This document shows, one piece after another, positions 22,439-35,700 of a stretch of DNA of 64,000 nt. Position 1 is the first letter of the stretch; every line of letters begins with the position of its first letter. This stretch comes from Amphibalanus amphitrite (lineage: Eukaryota): the NCBI RefSeq assembly GCF_019059575.1, contig NW_024881521.1, positions 665,297-729,296 of the forward strand. Direction: 5' to 3'. The notes under the pieces were generated by a model. The model saw only the letters and a program-made list of their open reading frames with translations. It did no database searches and was not told where the DNA came from. Both the position numbers and the translations under genes were made by a program.

Positions 22439-25069
22439 ATGGGAGCCTACAAGTACATGCAGGAGTTATGGCGCAAGAAGCAGAGTGATGTGATGCGTTA
22501 CCTGCTGCGCGTGCGGATGTGGCAGTACCGCCAGCTGAACAAGATCCACCGCTGCGTCCGGCCCACCCGCCCTGAGAAGGCGCGGCGTCTCGGCTACCGG
22601 GCCAAGCAGGGTATGAGCACTGTGCTGTCAATGTTGGGTGTATTTGCATGTTGCTAACTCTGATACCTAGTAATATTATGGCCAATTGTTGAAGCTAGAT
22701 TTTAGTAATGTGTAAGTTGGTGGAACTGGAGGATGCTGCCAGCTACTTCCATTATGCTATTGAGAATGTTTCTTCACACTCAAAGGATAATATGCATTCT
22801 TTCTCTGTGTAAGGACCGCATTTTATTCATAGTGTTGTCTTAAGGAGAGAAAGTACAGCAACTGACGGCTTACCAACCTGGCTCATGTTGCATATTGGGC
22901 CGGGGTGGAGCTTGGACCACATTTGTATTTTGCACCCTACTGCCTTCATGTAGCCATCAATTGTTAATTTGCCTAGTCTGTTGTCCATATTTATTCATCT
23001 TCAAAATGAAAGATGAAGTGCCAAGTTTGACGGTCGTTTTTCCGTTCCCAGGATACGCCATCTACCGCGTTCGCCTGCGCCGCGGAGGCCGCAAACGCCC
23101 GGTGCACAAGGGCGCCACCTACGGCAAGCCGGTGCGCCAGGGAGTGAATGAGCTGAAGCTCAACATGAACCACCAGTCGGTGGCCGAGGGTCGCGTCGGC
23201 AAGAAGTGCAACGCGCTGCGTGTGCTCAACTCTTACTGGGTTGGCCAGGACGCCACCTATAAGTACTTCGAGGTGATTCTCGTCGATCCCGCGCATAAGG
23301 TGAGCATAGGGTATGATTGGTGGTTGAAGGGGTGGAATGTTTGATTCGTGGATGGGAGAGCTGAGGGAGGGCGATCGCGATGATGCTGATAGGATTTTTA
23401 TCGGGGTCCGCGGCAGTGGTGCCGATTTTTTGATGTCTTTATCGTTGGTACGATATTTCTTGTTCATGGGCGCGTTTCTTCCATATATAGGACGCATTTA
23501 GCGGTGCCGACCAAGTTCGATTAAAGGTAGTGTGCCACCTTTGAAAGATTTCCCATTTTATTTTTCCTAGGATAAGAAGCTTCTGTTTTTACCTAATATC
23601 GCAAAAAAAAATCAAAAATGGGCCTGGAATAGTGCCTTTTTCGCCTAAAAGTTTTTCGGTTTTTAGATATGTATAACAACTGTAGTGGGCTCACCTGCAA
23701 ACAGGCGTCGGGCAACAATCGCGAATGCGGCGCACTTGTGACAATAAGCAAAGGTCATTATAGTGTTACGACCATACGACGTACGGGAATGAGTTATCAG
23801 CTGTCTAATCGTAGACAACACAATGTCGAGCCTTAAACTGTAAGCCCGTATTGGTATTGTTTCGTTTATTTGGCTGTCAAACATTATTTATGGTTTGAAA
23901 TATGATTTTATGTAAAATAATTGATATGAAAAAGCCGTCTTATAAGTTATGACCCCATTTCACAACACGCAAGTGGCAGAAATGACAATGATCAGCTGAC
24001 GCATTGTTCTTGGCCGAAGTCAGAGCGCGCGGCCCGACGCACCACGCGTATTTGGAAATTCCGACCTCGACGAGCATCAGAAGCCACCTAACAGGCGTGT
24101 TCGAAACCGCAGGAGATGATGATGAACGGGTTTATCGAAACTTGATTGGATGAGCATATCGGTAATAGCGATTTCAGTGTGTGCATTTATTGTTCATAGT
24201 GGTGTGAAATGTGGTTGGGGTACGACCGACAACCCGTCGGGGCGAATTTCGCACTGGGGTACTCAAAATTTGAAGAATTTAAGACGTTTCCATGAGTTTT
24301 GAAGGTATGGATAAGTTCTAAAAATCCGGTTCTCCTTATCTGGGCCATTATCTCCATACGGTCCAAGAAAGCTGGCACACTACCTTTAAATGTCGTTATT
24401 TTTGTTTTGGAACGGGACGTCATAGAACCTTATTTCTTTCTCAGTGTAAGGACCACATTTTATCTATAGTGTTGTCCTAAGGAGAGAAAGTACAGCAACT
24501 GACGGCTTACCAACCTGGTCCATGTTGCATATTGGGCCGGGGTGGAGCTTAGACCACATTCGTTTCCTGGACTCATCCTTAACGCTGTCATTGCCGACTT
24601 CCGAGAAGTTGTCTTTTCAGCAGATGGGAGATACGAATCGTTCCTGCTAAGGTTGACGTGATTGCGGTAGGATTTGGTCTCCTGGCTGTTCCTCTCCTGA
24701 GCTTTTTTCAATGATCCAAACCTACTTCTTGTTGAGAAGCCAGAATGTTCGATGTTTGCATCACTACTATTTCACGTCCTTCGCCGAGTCGCCATAACGC
24801 ATGACCATATATATCCCCGCCCGCCGCTCTCTCCCACCTCGACCCGACTACTGACGCCCGTCTCTCCTCTACAGGCCATCCGCCACGACGCTAAGATCAA
24901 CTGGATCTGTAACGCCGTGCACAAGCACCGCGAACTGCGCGGCAAGACCTCGGCCGGCCGTAAGCACCGCGGCATCGGCCACGGACGCAAGTTCAACAAC
25001 ACCAAGGGTGGCTCGCGACGGGCCAACTGGCTGCGACGGAACACGCTCTCGCTGCGCCGCAAACGTTAA
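22439..25069 (+). CDS. RPL15: 60S ribosomal protein L15 (eL15), 204 aa, three coding exons
   Basis: Exons are 22439..22610, 23052..23299 and 24875..25069. The donors are CAGG|GTATGA and AAG|GTGAGC. The acceptors are TTCCCAG| and CCTCTACAG|. The translation [32 protein letters not shown]…AKQG|[17 protein letters not shown]…DPAHK|[40 protein letters not shown]…RRKR* is colinear with eL15 over its full length. The acceptor TTGTCTTGTTACAG 16 nt upstream of the ATG suggests an upstream 5'UTR-only exon. Confidence 0.92.
22795..22925 (+). ncRNA. Intron-1 copy of a ~125-nt paralogous element; candidate box H/ACA snoRNA
   Basis: It is ~90% identical to the copy at 24432-24560 in intron 2 of the same gene. 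It has a 5' hairpin (CTTTCTC…GAGAGAAAG), a hinge ACAGCA (ANANNA), a second GC-rich hairpin, and an ACA 3 nt from the conserved end (GGACCACATTT). Confidence 0.35.
23525..24385. mobile_element. ~860-bp TTAA-flanked MITE with a 13-bp TIR (AGGTAGTGTGCCA) inside RPL15 intron 2
   Basis: TTAA lies at 23521-23524 and 24386-24389. A perfect 13-bp inverted repeat abuts both TTAAs. No coding capacity was found. Confidence 0.4.
24432..24560 (+). ncRNA. Intron-2 copy of the same candidate H/ACA snoRNA-like element
   Basis: See 22795-22925. The substitutions between copies preserve the 5' stem (CTTTCTCTG/CAGAGAAAG-type pairing retained). Confidence 0.35.
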
Positions 25070-27085
25070 ATTGCCCTATTGCCGTCCGCCTAATGTTGCC
25101 ACTGTCGCGGCCGCGGGTCTTCGTGACAAAAATACACGCTGCTCAGAGCCGGGAGCGCCTTGTTTTGTGGGATAGAGGGGTGAGGTTACGAGAGTTTAGG
25201 AGTCAGAGAGGGTGACGAAAATGAGGGGCAAGGGAGGGACAGGGGGCTTGGCTGCAGCTGGTGGTTTTGCCAGTGAATCTGGTTCGGAGGTAGTACGAAC
25301 GCCGATTTCATGCGAAATTGACTGGGCTATCAGGGTGTCCAAATGGAAATCGCTGTCATTAGTACGCTCTGTCTGTACAAACTATTTGTCGTTGATACTC
25401 GGTGCTCAAATATTCGTAACAGCTGTATGTAACGACGATATCGTTCGCGCTCACTTGGAACGCATTGCCCCCTACGTAGCTCCGCGAAAGCTAACGTGGC
25501 TAACGCAAGAGTGGCGCCACCTGTTTGACCAGTCTAGGGTACAAAGCTCTGGTTTACGTCCTCGCCGCTAGTCATTTGATGGATAAACTCAACTGACGTG
25601 AACCAGTGAAGCTTAGCTCCAGTCAGCTTTTGCTCAAGTATGATTGCACTTGTATCATGCTTTGCTCAAGTATTAAAAACCTATTCTGATTCCTTGTCCT
25701 TGCACCTTCGCAGACTCAGACGCCCATTTGGTGCACCATAAGCCAAAGTCTCTTGGCAGACGCCGTGCTTGATTAGTTATCGTGTTTGTATGCTCTTGTC
25801 ACTGCCAATCGGGAAGTTTGCTGTCGCTATTTTTACCATGCACGTCCTGTGGTATCTTCATTGGTCCAGCGACCACCGGTCATGAGTTCGTGAGATAGAT
25901 AACTACTGGTCAGCAGGCCGCCGAATTCTGGCTCGGCTGGTGGCTGGGGATGGGATGAATAGAACCCAGCCCTCAGCTGAAGATCAGAAGCTGAAACAAA
26001 TGCCTGAAGTATAGTTTTATCATGACATTATACACACCTGGCTGGCTGGGTTAGTATTTGGCTGGCTAGAACCTAACCTAACCTACCTGGCATGACGTGG
26101 CTGTCTGTGTATGCCTGATGTCTCATATGCAGTGTGCTGTTATCAGTCGTCAATTTTTTTTAGTGGGAGGGAGAAGTCCCATGTAACTTGTCTCACTGAT
26201 GATTAAGTGCGGTCCTGGTATCGTTCGCAAGGCTCATCAGAATCTCGCTGTTAATAATTGATCCTACATGTATGTATCGAGCAAACGGTCTGGATCATTT
26301 ATACTCTCGTTGCCACAACACTGCATTACTGCTCACAGATCGATGAGGGCCACGCTGTCGAAATCGCACCTCTATGCTGCATATCATGTGACAGGCAATG
26401 CATACCTGCCATCCGATCATGAGTTCTCGGGTTAATGCTAGTGCACCGTTACTGTCGAAATGCATAGATGTGCTTATAAATCGCAGACTGCTCTACTCAG
26501 TTCCCCAGTCATGTGTTTAGGCTTACCCCTCCAATGTCTGTCTCAACATGATTCAGTGTCATCAGGACGCCGCTCCGTTACTCAGAAATAGGTACGTCAT
26601 GGCGGCATTTGGATGATGTCATGCGGTCGCTCGACTGGAAATGGGGAAGATCTGTGACCGCTCTGCGTGTCATATAATTTGTATACACCGGTGACTTTTT
26701 TCGCAAGAACGATGCCAGAGCTGAAAGGTGAGTATCGGGCTGATGGGTTGGGACTTATGAAGCATCGTATGTGACGCATGGACTACTCGTTCGTATGTGA
26801 CCCTAACTGTGGATTGGGAACTCTGTCACGTGGGAAATGGTTTGGTGTTTTAGTTTACAGAGACGAAAGTTTTACGTTTTTACAGCTGTTTTGTTTACAG
26901 GTGTTCAGCCGGAGTAGTGCTGACTGCTGGTGTGTGGAAGGAAGATAAACCTGGTGTGTGGAAGGAAGATAAACAACCGAAGAAGCCGCTACTTTGCTTG
27001 GAAGACGATAGCCATCAGTTGAAGCGTTCGTACTGCGACCTCGGTAAGTAAATGCATCGTGAAAAGTCGTGTTGTTTCACGTGAG

Positions 27086-27218
<133 letters not shown>

Positions 27219-27553
27219 GCTATGCCGAGCTGCATCGATTTTACCGGCGCCCGGCGGGTCGCGACAGGCCCGGCCGCCGTCGCCCGCCGCCGCCAAGGTC
27301 GCGCCATGCACCCACCGGTCACCGGCCCCGCCGCGCGGTGCCTGTCTGTTCAGGCGGCAGCGTCGGCGTCGGTCGAGACGGGCACGTCCTCGGCTCGCTC
27401 AGCGGTGCCGGGTGCGCTGTGACGAATCCCGGCCTAGCTGCCGTGCCGACGGGACCGACCGGCTGTGTGCCTGGAATCGCCCCTGCTCCGGCGGCGGCGC
27501 CGACACGCCCTTTCGAGCGGCCGGCTGGCAGCCACTCGCTCGGCCGCGGCGCC

Positions 27554-27659
27554 ATGAGCAAGAGACGCCGCTGTCCGCCGGAGGAGCCCCAGTGCCGGTC
27601 CCGGTCTCGGTCTCGCTCCCGCTCACGGTCCCGGTCTGCCTCGCCGCTGGACTGCCGAC
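27554..27659 (+). CDS. Candidate first coding exon of an RS-domain-like protein (MSKRRRCPPEEPQCRSRSRSRSRSRSRSASPLDCRQPG|)
   Basis: A true ATG at 27554 lies inside a GC-rich island directly downstream of (CT)63. The donor is CCTG|GTAAAT. The downstream exons were not resolved. Confidence 0.25.
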
Positions 27660-30600
27660 AGCCTGGTAAATCCGCCGCCCCCGGCCCCCTGAGTGCGCCC
27701 TCTCGTCATGTGGTGCAACTCCGGCGGCCCGTGCCGCGTGGTCCGCCCGCCCCGTGACCGGCCGTGGTGTATGCTCAATGATAGCAGGTCCTGTAGAGAA
27801 TGTCGTTATCAGTGGGCAGTATTGGGTGCGCCAGGGGGCGGCTGCTCGGAGTTGCACTGCACTGACGTTTGGACGTCCCGGTCTCTGAACGTGTCATGTC
27901 AGAGGACCGTAGTTTCTCCATCAGAGACCCCGCAGAAGGTGTGTGAGTGTGCATGTGTGCGTGTGTGTCTGTCGTCCTGTGTCCGCCCCTGCTCGGGTCC
28001 GATAGCGGAATGCGGGAGTGGGCGTGTCGAGATCGGTCGGGCGGGCTGTGTGGTCACACGGCTCATTGTGGTATAGGCTGGGGCTCAGTGGGCGGCAGAC
28101 GGTAGACGCTCAGGTGAGTATATCGGTCCCTTGTCTTTTACTGTCTGATTGCTAGTCCAGGCAAATATGTCGACCTCCAGACTGACAACTGGGTACTGAA
28201 TGTCCGACCTTGGTATGACTATCTCCCATAACGAGTAACGACGCCCTCCCCCTGATTGCCCCGCTCAGGTCGTGTCGCCGTATAAATTGTACCGTGTCGC
28301 TCTGTTCTGTTTATATTCGCAATCGCTGTGAGTTATACATTGCACAACGTGGTGGTCCCTGTGCGCTGGCGGTTGTCATGTGGATATTTCACCACCATAG
28401 TGCAAGCTGCCAGCGTTGGGCGCCCTGCTTATGCTAAGAGATCGCAAACTGATGTGCTTGGACAACATCATTATAAAAGTTTCTATTCCAGCCTACTTGT
28501 GAAAGGATATGTGAATCTTGGGACGTATAAGGCATCGTAATTATTTCTGAAGATAAAGTAGTCTGGAACTTTTATTGTGTTTGTAGTTGATACGATACTA
28601 CATAAATATCTTTCATTTTTACAGCTGCCATTGTGATCGGTCCGACCAAAGTTCGCCGAGCTCCGTTTTAACTTTTACTGCCTCTACACTCTACAGCCCT
28701 GTGTCCCGCCGCTGCGGGCGGTCTGTGCGGCAGCGGCGCCGTCCGCAGCGTGGCCGCCGGGCCGTGACCGTCCATTCCAGGCTGGCGGGACTCCCCGGGC
28801 TGTCAGAACTGTCCTACCCCTCCCCCGGACCGAGCCGGGCTGGCGCTGTCACCGCTCCGTCGCTAATAGCCCCCACTGACGCGGCCGGCCGGAGCGCTGC
28901 GGTCCCTTGCAGCGGGCAACCAGAGGTCATGCTTCTGCCGGGGACAGACACCGGTTGGACTGGTATGAGGTGTGATCAAGTCCAGCATAGTCCGACAGAC
29001 TGCAGACTGGGACGACGTTCAGACTGTCTCAGTGCGGGTACTGTCCCAGGCTCCAGAGTTCCAGGTCTGAAGCTGTGGATCCCGAGTCGGCGTCTTTTCC
29101 ATGGCCAGGTCGTTCTGAATGCTAATCAGTGGCCTAACATTGAGTCCATGTCTGAGCAGGCTGCATGAAGTATTGACCCTGTCTGAGCCAGCCATGACGG
29201 TGCGAGTCTGGGCTATTCACGGAAACGCCTCCGGGCGGTAACATCATTACATTGCAGGTTCGGGGAACCCGTGAGCGGCGTCACAGGTGTCCTTGATAAG
29301 CATAAGGTCTGGTGGCTACATTACTCCTGTTGGTAACCATTTGCGCCTTGCGGCCAGATAATGTGTAGTTGCGCTGCCAATATTCCCCAAACTCTTTGAG
29401 GAGCAGCGGTGCTGGCTGCAGACAGCTTCGAGCTCCTTATCAGATGTCGAGATGTCCTCTCAGTGGGGTGCTGTCCGCGATAGACCTTGACGTCTCAGCT
29501 GCTGAGCTTTATCAAAAGGCTCTGACATCTGACATCCGGCGCTCGCCCCGTCGTCCGTGTGGTAGGAGCTTATGCTCACAACTCTCAGGCCGGTTGCCGT
29601 GCTGACTTGGTTATGATCTCATCCATCCGCCTCATCTATATTTATAGTCCACGCTCCTCGAAGTGCGCCGCTCGACGTTGAGCAATCCGGCCGCTCGTAC
29701 GAGCCTCGACCACCACTGCAGCGCTGGCCGGCTTCCATCTCCGGCCGCGGCCTGTCCGCACGCTGCCGGGATGAGGTGATCCGCATACCTACCAAAACCG
29801 CCTGCAGTGCGTTGGGACTTCCCCAGCCTCCCAGAGCCGGAGCTGATTCACGGATTTGCCCAATGCCATCTCATCTGGCGGATGCCCGCCCTGGCCGGGC
29901 GGACGGCGCCGCCCCTCCGCGCGGTTGCGCCACCTCGTGTCCGTCGACAGAGGGCGGTCTGCCGGTCCGACGGCCGCCGTCCGAACAGCACAGTCGGGCG
30001 AGCCGCCGACTGGGCCGGCTGCGTACGGAAGTACGGGACGGACGGCAGCCGACTGTACGGACGGTGACGGGTCGGTCGGTGTACGGATCAGGTGAGCCCC
30101 GGGGACTGCCGAGCTGGCTGATCCGCGATCTTACTACGAGGGTGCCGTGAGGGCTGGGGTTGGAGCCAAGGCTGCTTTACCACTAGCGGTGTTGGGTTAG
30201 GACGAAACTCGGTTTCAGTGGTCTTTGTTTGGGTCGGTAACCCAGGTAACAATCGGCGTGCCTGGTTCTATCGGAACCCTAGATCTGACGCACATATCAC
30301 AGGATGTGGAGTCGGTTCACCCTCGTTCGCACTGTGGTGCTATGCTATTCCGCCGTAGCTGTTGTGACGTGTCGTCCGATGACCTTGAAAGCACCCAGCA
30401 GCAGCCCGGCATGGCGCCGGGTGGGCCGCGCAGCCGGACCCCTGGCTGCTGAGCTGCAGACAGTGACAAACTATCGTCGGGTGACTGGCGAATGGCGAGT
30501 GGATCCAAGCACCCATCCACCCGCCTGAATGGCATGCATTATGATTAGATATACCTATCATATAATCCAAGAAAGTATGGAAGGTCAGTTGCCTGAACTC

Positions 30601-32760
30601 CAGCGCTTCGCAGTTCCCGGCTACTCTTCTTGGGTCAAGTTTGCGGCCGTCTGAGTCGCATCACGGTCCGTAAACCCTGAAATGGCCAGATCCAGACGGT
30701 TGGCCGTCGGGCTCAGATGTCCGTAGCGCCAGCCGTTCAATACTCACCGTCCCATGCGGAGCTGGTCCGATAGGCGGCCGGTCGGTCGTCTGTTTGGGCC
30801 TGTCGCTCTGACGTCATAGCTGACGTATACGACGGAAATTCCACCGCCGATATGGGGATGCTGGTGGAGAAAAAGTGGCTGAGTTTGCTCTAGGGTGACG
30901 TCATCAGGCACCAATAGCTCGGATCGCGAGTTGGTACTTGGTAGAAGCAGTTTCTGTGGAGCGGATCTCGATAACAGCCGTCTCCGGTTGATGCCAGCTC
31001 GAAGCAGCTGCACTGAAAACGCAATATTAATTGCAATATTTATGCAAACGAAACTCATCAATAGGGACAACCAAAGTGGGGTGTTTTACAACACCCGTAA
31101 TGTAAAACGCCCCGTTTGCAGGGGTCTTGCAAAAGCTCATTCTTGCCGGAATGCAACATCCGAGTGCCTTGCATATTATTTTGTTCAATAATCTGAAGAT
31201 AACACTTTAACAAAATACCCAAAGACGCATGGTGAAATAACCGGTTTAGCGGTGACACACCGTTTTTCCTTAATGGGGTCGTTTTGGACGGTTCTCCCCT
31301 CCCTATGTGTTCATTTGGTGTTTCTTTGAAAAGCATGCCAATGAAGGGTATTGACTGTATTCAGGGACTTCGCCCCCCCCCCCCCCCCAAAGTAGCACTC
31401 GCTCGGTGAACCTGCCATGGAGATCGCATTCATGCCACCATTATCGACCTGTGCCGACGTGCTCCCACCCATTCCCTTCACCTGACCCGCCGCCCCTCCC
31501 CTGGTCTGGTGACCCGCATCAATTAGGCACCACGGGGTTGTCACGTTTACCACACCCAACAGCGCGGCCCGACCCCACGGCCGGTGCTCCTAGCTGGCGT
31601 GTGGTCGTCCACAATCCATACAGGGGTGTATTGACGTGTCGTTAGCCTACACGGACGGTGGTGGCACCCGTCGGGCCCTCCGAGGCCACGTGGCGTTACC
31701 AGGACGGCGGGCAAACATTCACGGATTGGTACCGGTACGTACGGCCGGTGGCCCAGTCTAAGTGTTCGTTCTGGTCTGAGCCGACGGTAGACGGTGCCGG
31801 TGGGGTGAGGACAGTAAAGGACAGCAGACGGTTAATACTGCACGGAACACGGAACAGTGCACTGGTGCACTGCGAATGCTGAAATTGCTGTTCGATCAGG
31901 AGGAACAGGAATCGCAGATGGCATGTAAGACCCCATTGACTAGATGTTTTCCTGTGCTTGTCGACAGCTAACGTGTTGTGGCTGATCCTTTTACGGGTCA
32001 TGAATTTAACTGCTCTCTTCAAATTCGTGCTTTATTGTGACGCACTGGTAACGTATGTCGTATTCGCTCGTCAATTTATGTTTCCCGTTCTCCACACTCG
32101 TGGTTCGTTATCGCCCAGTCGGCACCCGACCATCTGTCCAAGTACCCCCGTCGGCCCGCGGCCGTCTCTCACAGCTATCCCGTAACTCCTCACATGAATC
32201 GGCGGCTCCCTGCAGTTGGCCTCCCATCGGGCCGGCCGATGACTGGACTTGAAGACTGGCTGGGTGCCAGGGCTCGGCCAAACTGGGATGTTTGTCCTCT
32301 GGCCGGCCGGCCGGCGGGGCAGGTGATTCGTACCCAGACCCGGGAGCGGCAGACGGTGGCGGGGTGTATGCACGGTCACGTCTTCTGTGCCGTGTTTCAG
32401 ACTCTGTGTAGTAAGGCGTTCGTGCCAGGGAGTGTGAGCAGTGTGGTCGCGGATCGGTGTGAGCCATTGTATATTGTGTCGCGGGGGCCCTTATGGCCTT
32501 GGACGACCTGCAGCTGCTGAACGAAGCAGCTGAAGGTAGGACAGCCGTGAGCGGTGAGTGTGGGGTGTATCCGACACCGGTAAGTACACCTCGTGTCTTT
32601 TGCTCCGCAGTGTCAGTCAACCCGTGAGCTAGGAGCTGGCGTTTGTCTACGATATGTTTTACCCCATTCGGCCAGCATCTCCGTACCTATTAAGTGTTAA
32701 TGTCGTTTGTCTTATGCATCTGCCTGTCTGACCGCCCACCTCCCTCTCACAGCGATCAAG

Positions 32761-35700
32761 ATGAGTAAGAAGGACAGTTCCAGTTCGTCGGACAGCCTGT
32801 TCCGCATCCCTCCGCACTACTATGTGCACGTGCTCGATCAGACGGCCAACGTCACCCGGGTCGAGGTCGGACCGCAGACCTTCATCAGGAAGGACAATGA
32901 ACGGTAAGTGGGCGTTCGAGCGGCATCTCAGACAGAGACAGTCGGGAATTGGAGGGATTGAAGGGTGGGGTAGATATTCTCATGAGTATTCTACGAGCAG
33001 TATGTTCCGTAGCGACAATGATGCAAAAGTTGCTCATGAACGTCGGCTAGTTGAAGAGTGTATTTCCCAGTCTTTGTGTCCGCTGTGTGGGCGGGTCGGC
33101 CATATTGCCGGCTCGTCGGAGAGCCGGGGGGTCGCGCCGCGCTGGAGCCGGGACCGGGGATGGGACGCGCCATGTGGCCGCTCTCCGCCACACCCTGGAT
33201 CGATACGGAGAGCGCCCGACATTTCGGCGGCGTGTCCAGGCCCGAGTTCACCCGTCCGACTGGGGATCGGACGCTGCGGCCGGGCGCCATCTGTATGGGA
33301 GATCGGGTACTAGTGCGGCTGGGAGCTGCCAAGCTCTCATGGTGTAGGTCAGGGCAGGATAGGTGGCGCAGCGGGCCGAGGAGCTCGGGCTTCAACTCCC
33401 TCGTTTTGCGGTCACTGTCAATAACGGTGACCGTAGAAGAGCTGTGCTTGTCTAATTCTATCGTATAGTTTCCCGTCTCGGTTTCAACCAAAATGTGATG
33501 ATGTGCTCCTCAAACCCGCTAATGTTTCGAGACTTATTATTGGCCGTCTGTCCTGACCCTGTCCCGCTCCGTCTCCAGGGTCATCGTCGGCCCGAACGCC
33601 ATGGTGGTGGTGCCGCCGCGCCACTACTGTGTCGTCGAGAACCCGGTGGTGCGCGGCGAGGACGGTCAGGTGGTGTGCGACGCCAGCGGCCAGGCGCGCC
33701 TGCTGCACGCCGACACGGAGGTGCGGCTGCACCAGGACCCATTCCCGCTGTACCCGGGCGAGAAGCTCAGCTCGGCCGTGCTGCCGCTGAAGGTGGTCCC
33801 GCCCAACAAGGCGCTCCACCTGCGCGCGCTGCGCGAGTTCAAGGAGGGGGAGGTGGTGCGCTCCGCCGGCGATGAGTGGCTGTTCGGGCCGGGCACCTAC
33901 GTGCCGCGTCCGGAGGTCGAGGAGGTGGCCGATATCAAGGCCATCATCATCGGGCCGAACCAGGCGCTCCGACTGCGGGCACGACTCGAAACCACCGACT
34001 GGAAGGGCCAGAAGCGGGTGGCCGGCGAGGAATGGCTGGTGACCAGAGTCGGCGCCTACATGCCCGGCGTCTACGAGGAGGTGGCCAAGATGGTGAACGC
34101 TCACGTGCTGACGGAGAAGACGGCTCTTCTGGTGCGCGCCACTCGCACCTTCACCGACAGTCGCGGCGTGCGCAGGAAGAACGGCGAGGAGTGGCTGGTG
34201 CGCTTCGACGATATGGAAACGTTCATCCCAGACGTGTACGAGGAGGTGGTGGAGGAACGCGAGGTGACCACCCTCACCAGCCGGCAGTACTGCGTCATCT
34301 GCGACCCGGTCGGGCCGGACGGCAAGCCGCAGCTCGGCCAGCGTCGGCTGGTGCGCGGTGAGAAGTCGTTCTTCCTGCAGCCCGGTGAGACGCTGGAAGA
34401 CGACGTCCGCGACAACTACATCCTCCAGGAGAACGAGGCGCTGGTGCTGCGCGCCGGCGAGGCGTTCACTGACAACACAGTGACGCCGCCGGTGACGCGC
34501 CGGCCCGGAGACCGCTGGATGGTCACCGGGCCCGTGGAGTTCGTGCCGCCCATCGAGGTGGAGGTGGTCGTCCAGCAGACGGCTATCCCGCTCGACCGCA
34601 CCGAGGGTATCTACGTGCGCAACAACCGCACGGGCGAGGTGCGCGCCGTCTGTGGACAGACCTACATGCTCACCCAGGACGAGGAGCTGTGGGAGAAGGA
34701 GCTGCCCGCCAGCGTGGTGGAGCTGCTGCGTACCGACGCGCTGGCCGACCGCGGCGGCTACCGGGAGCTGAGACGGTCAGCGACCAACAAGAGCCATGAC
34801 GAGTTGAGCGACCGCACCCGCGTCATCACCTACCGCGTGCCGCACAACGCAGCCGTTCAGGTCTACGACTACAAGGCGAAGCGGTCGCGCGTTGTGTTCG
34901 GCCCCGACCTGGTGATGCTGGAGCCGGACGAACAGTTCACGCAACTCTCCCTGTCCGGTGGCAAGCCCAAGAAGCCCAACACGATCCGGGCGCTGTCGCT
35001 GCTGCTCGGACCCGACTTCTGCACTGATATTGTCACTGTCGAGACGTCCGACCACGCGCGTCTCTCGCTGCAGATTGCCTACAACTGGCACTTTGATGTC
35101 GGCAACAAGACTGCCGAGGATGCGTGCAAGATCTTCAGCGTGCCTGACTTTGTGGGCGACGCGTGCAAGGCGATCGCGTCTCGTGTGCGCGGCGCCGTGG
35201 CGCAGCGACCATTCGATGACTTCCACAAGAACTCGGCCAAAATCATCCGGCAGTCTGTGTTCGGTCTGGACGACGCTGGCAAGGTGCGCAAACAGTTTGT
35301 GTTTCCGCAGAACAACCTTGTGGTCACCTCGATCGACATCCAGAGTGTGGAGCCGGTGGACCAGCGGACGCGCGACTCGCTCCAGAAGAGCGTCCAGCTG
35401 GCCATCGAGATCACCACCAACGCTCAGGAGGCGGCCGCCAAGCACGAGGCCGAGCGCACGGAACAGGAGGCGCGTGGCCGACTCGAGCGGCAGAAGATTA
35501 AGGACGAGGCGGCCGCGGAGCAGGCGCGTAAGGAGCTCGTCGAGCTGCAGACGGCGTGCGCGGCCATCGAGAGCACCGGTCAGGCCAAGGCCGAGGCGCA
35601 GAGCCGCGCCGAGGCGGCCCGCATCGAGGGAGAGGCGGCCGTGGAGCAGGCCGGCCTGAAGGCGCGCGCCGCCAACATCGAGGCCGAGTCGGAGCTGGAG

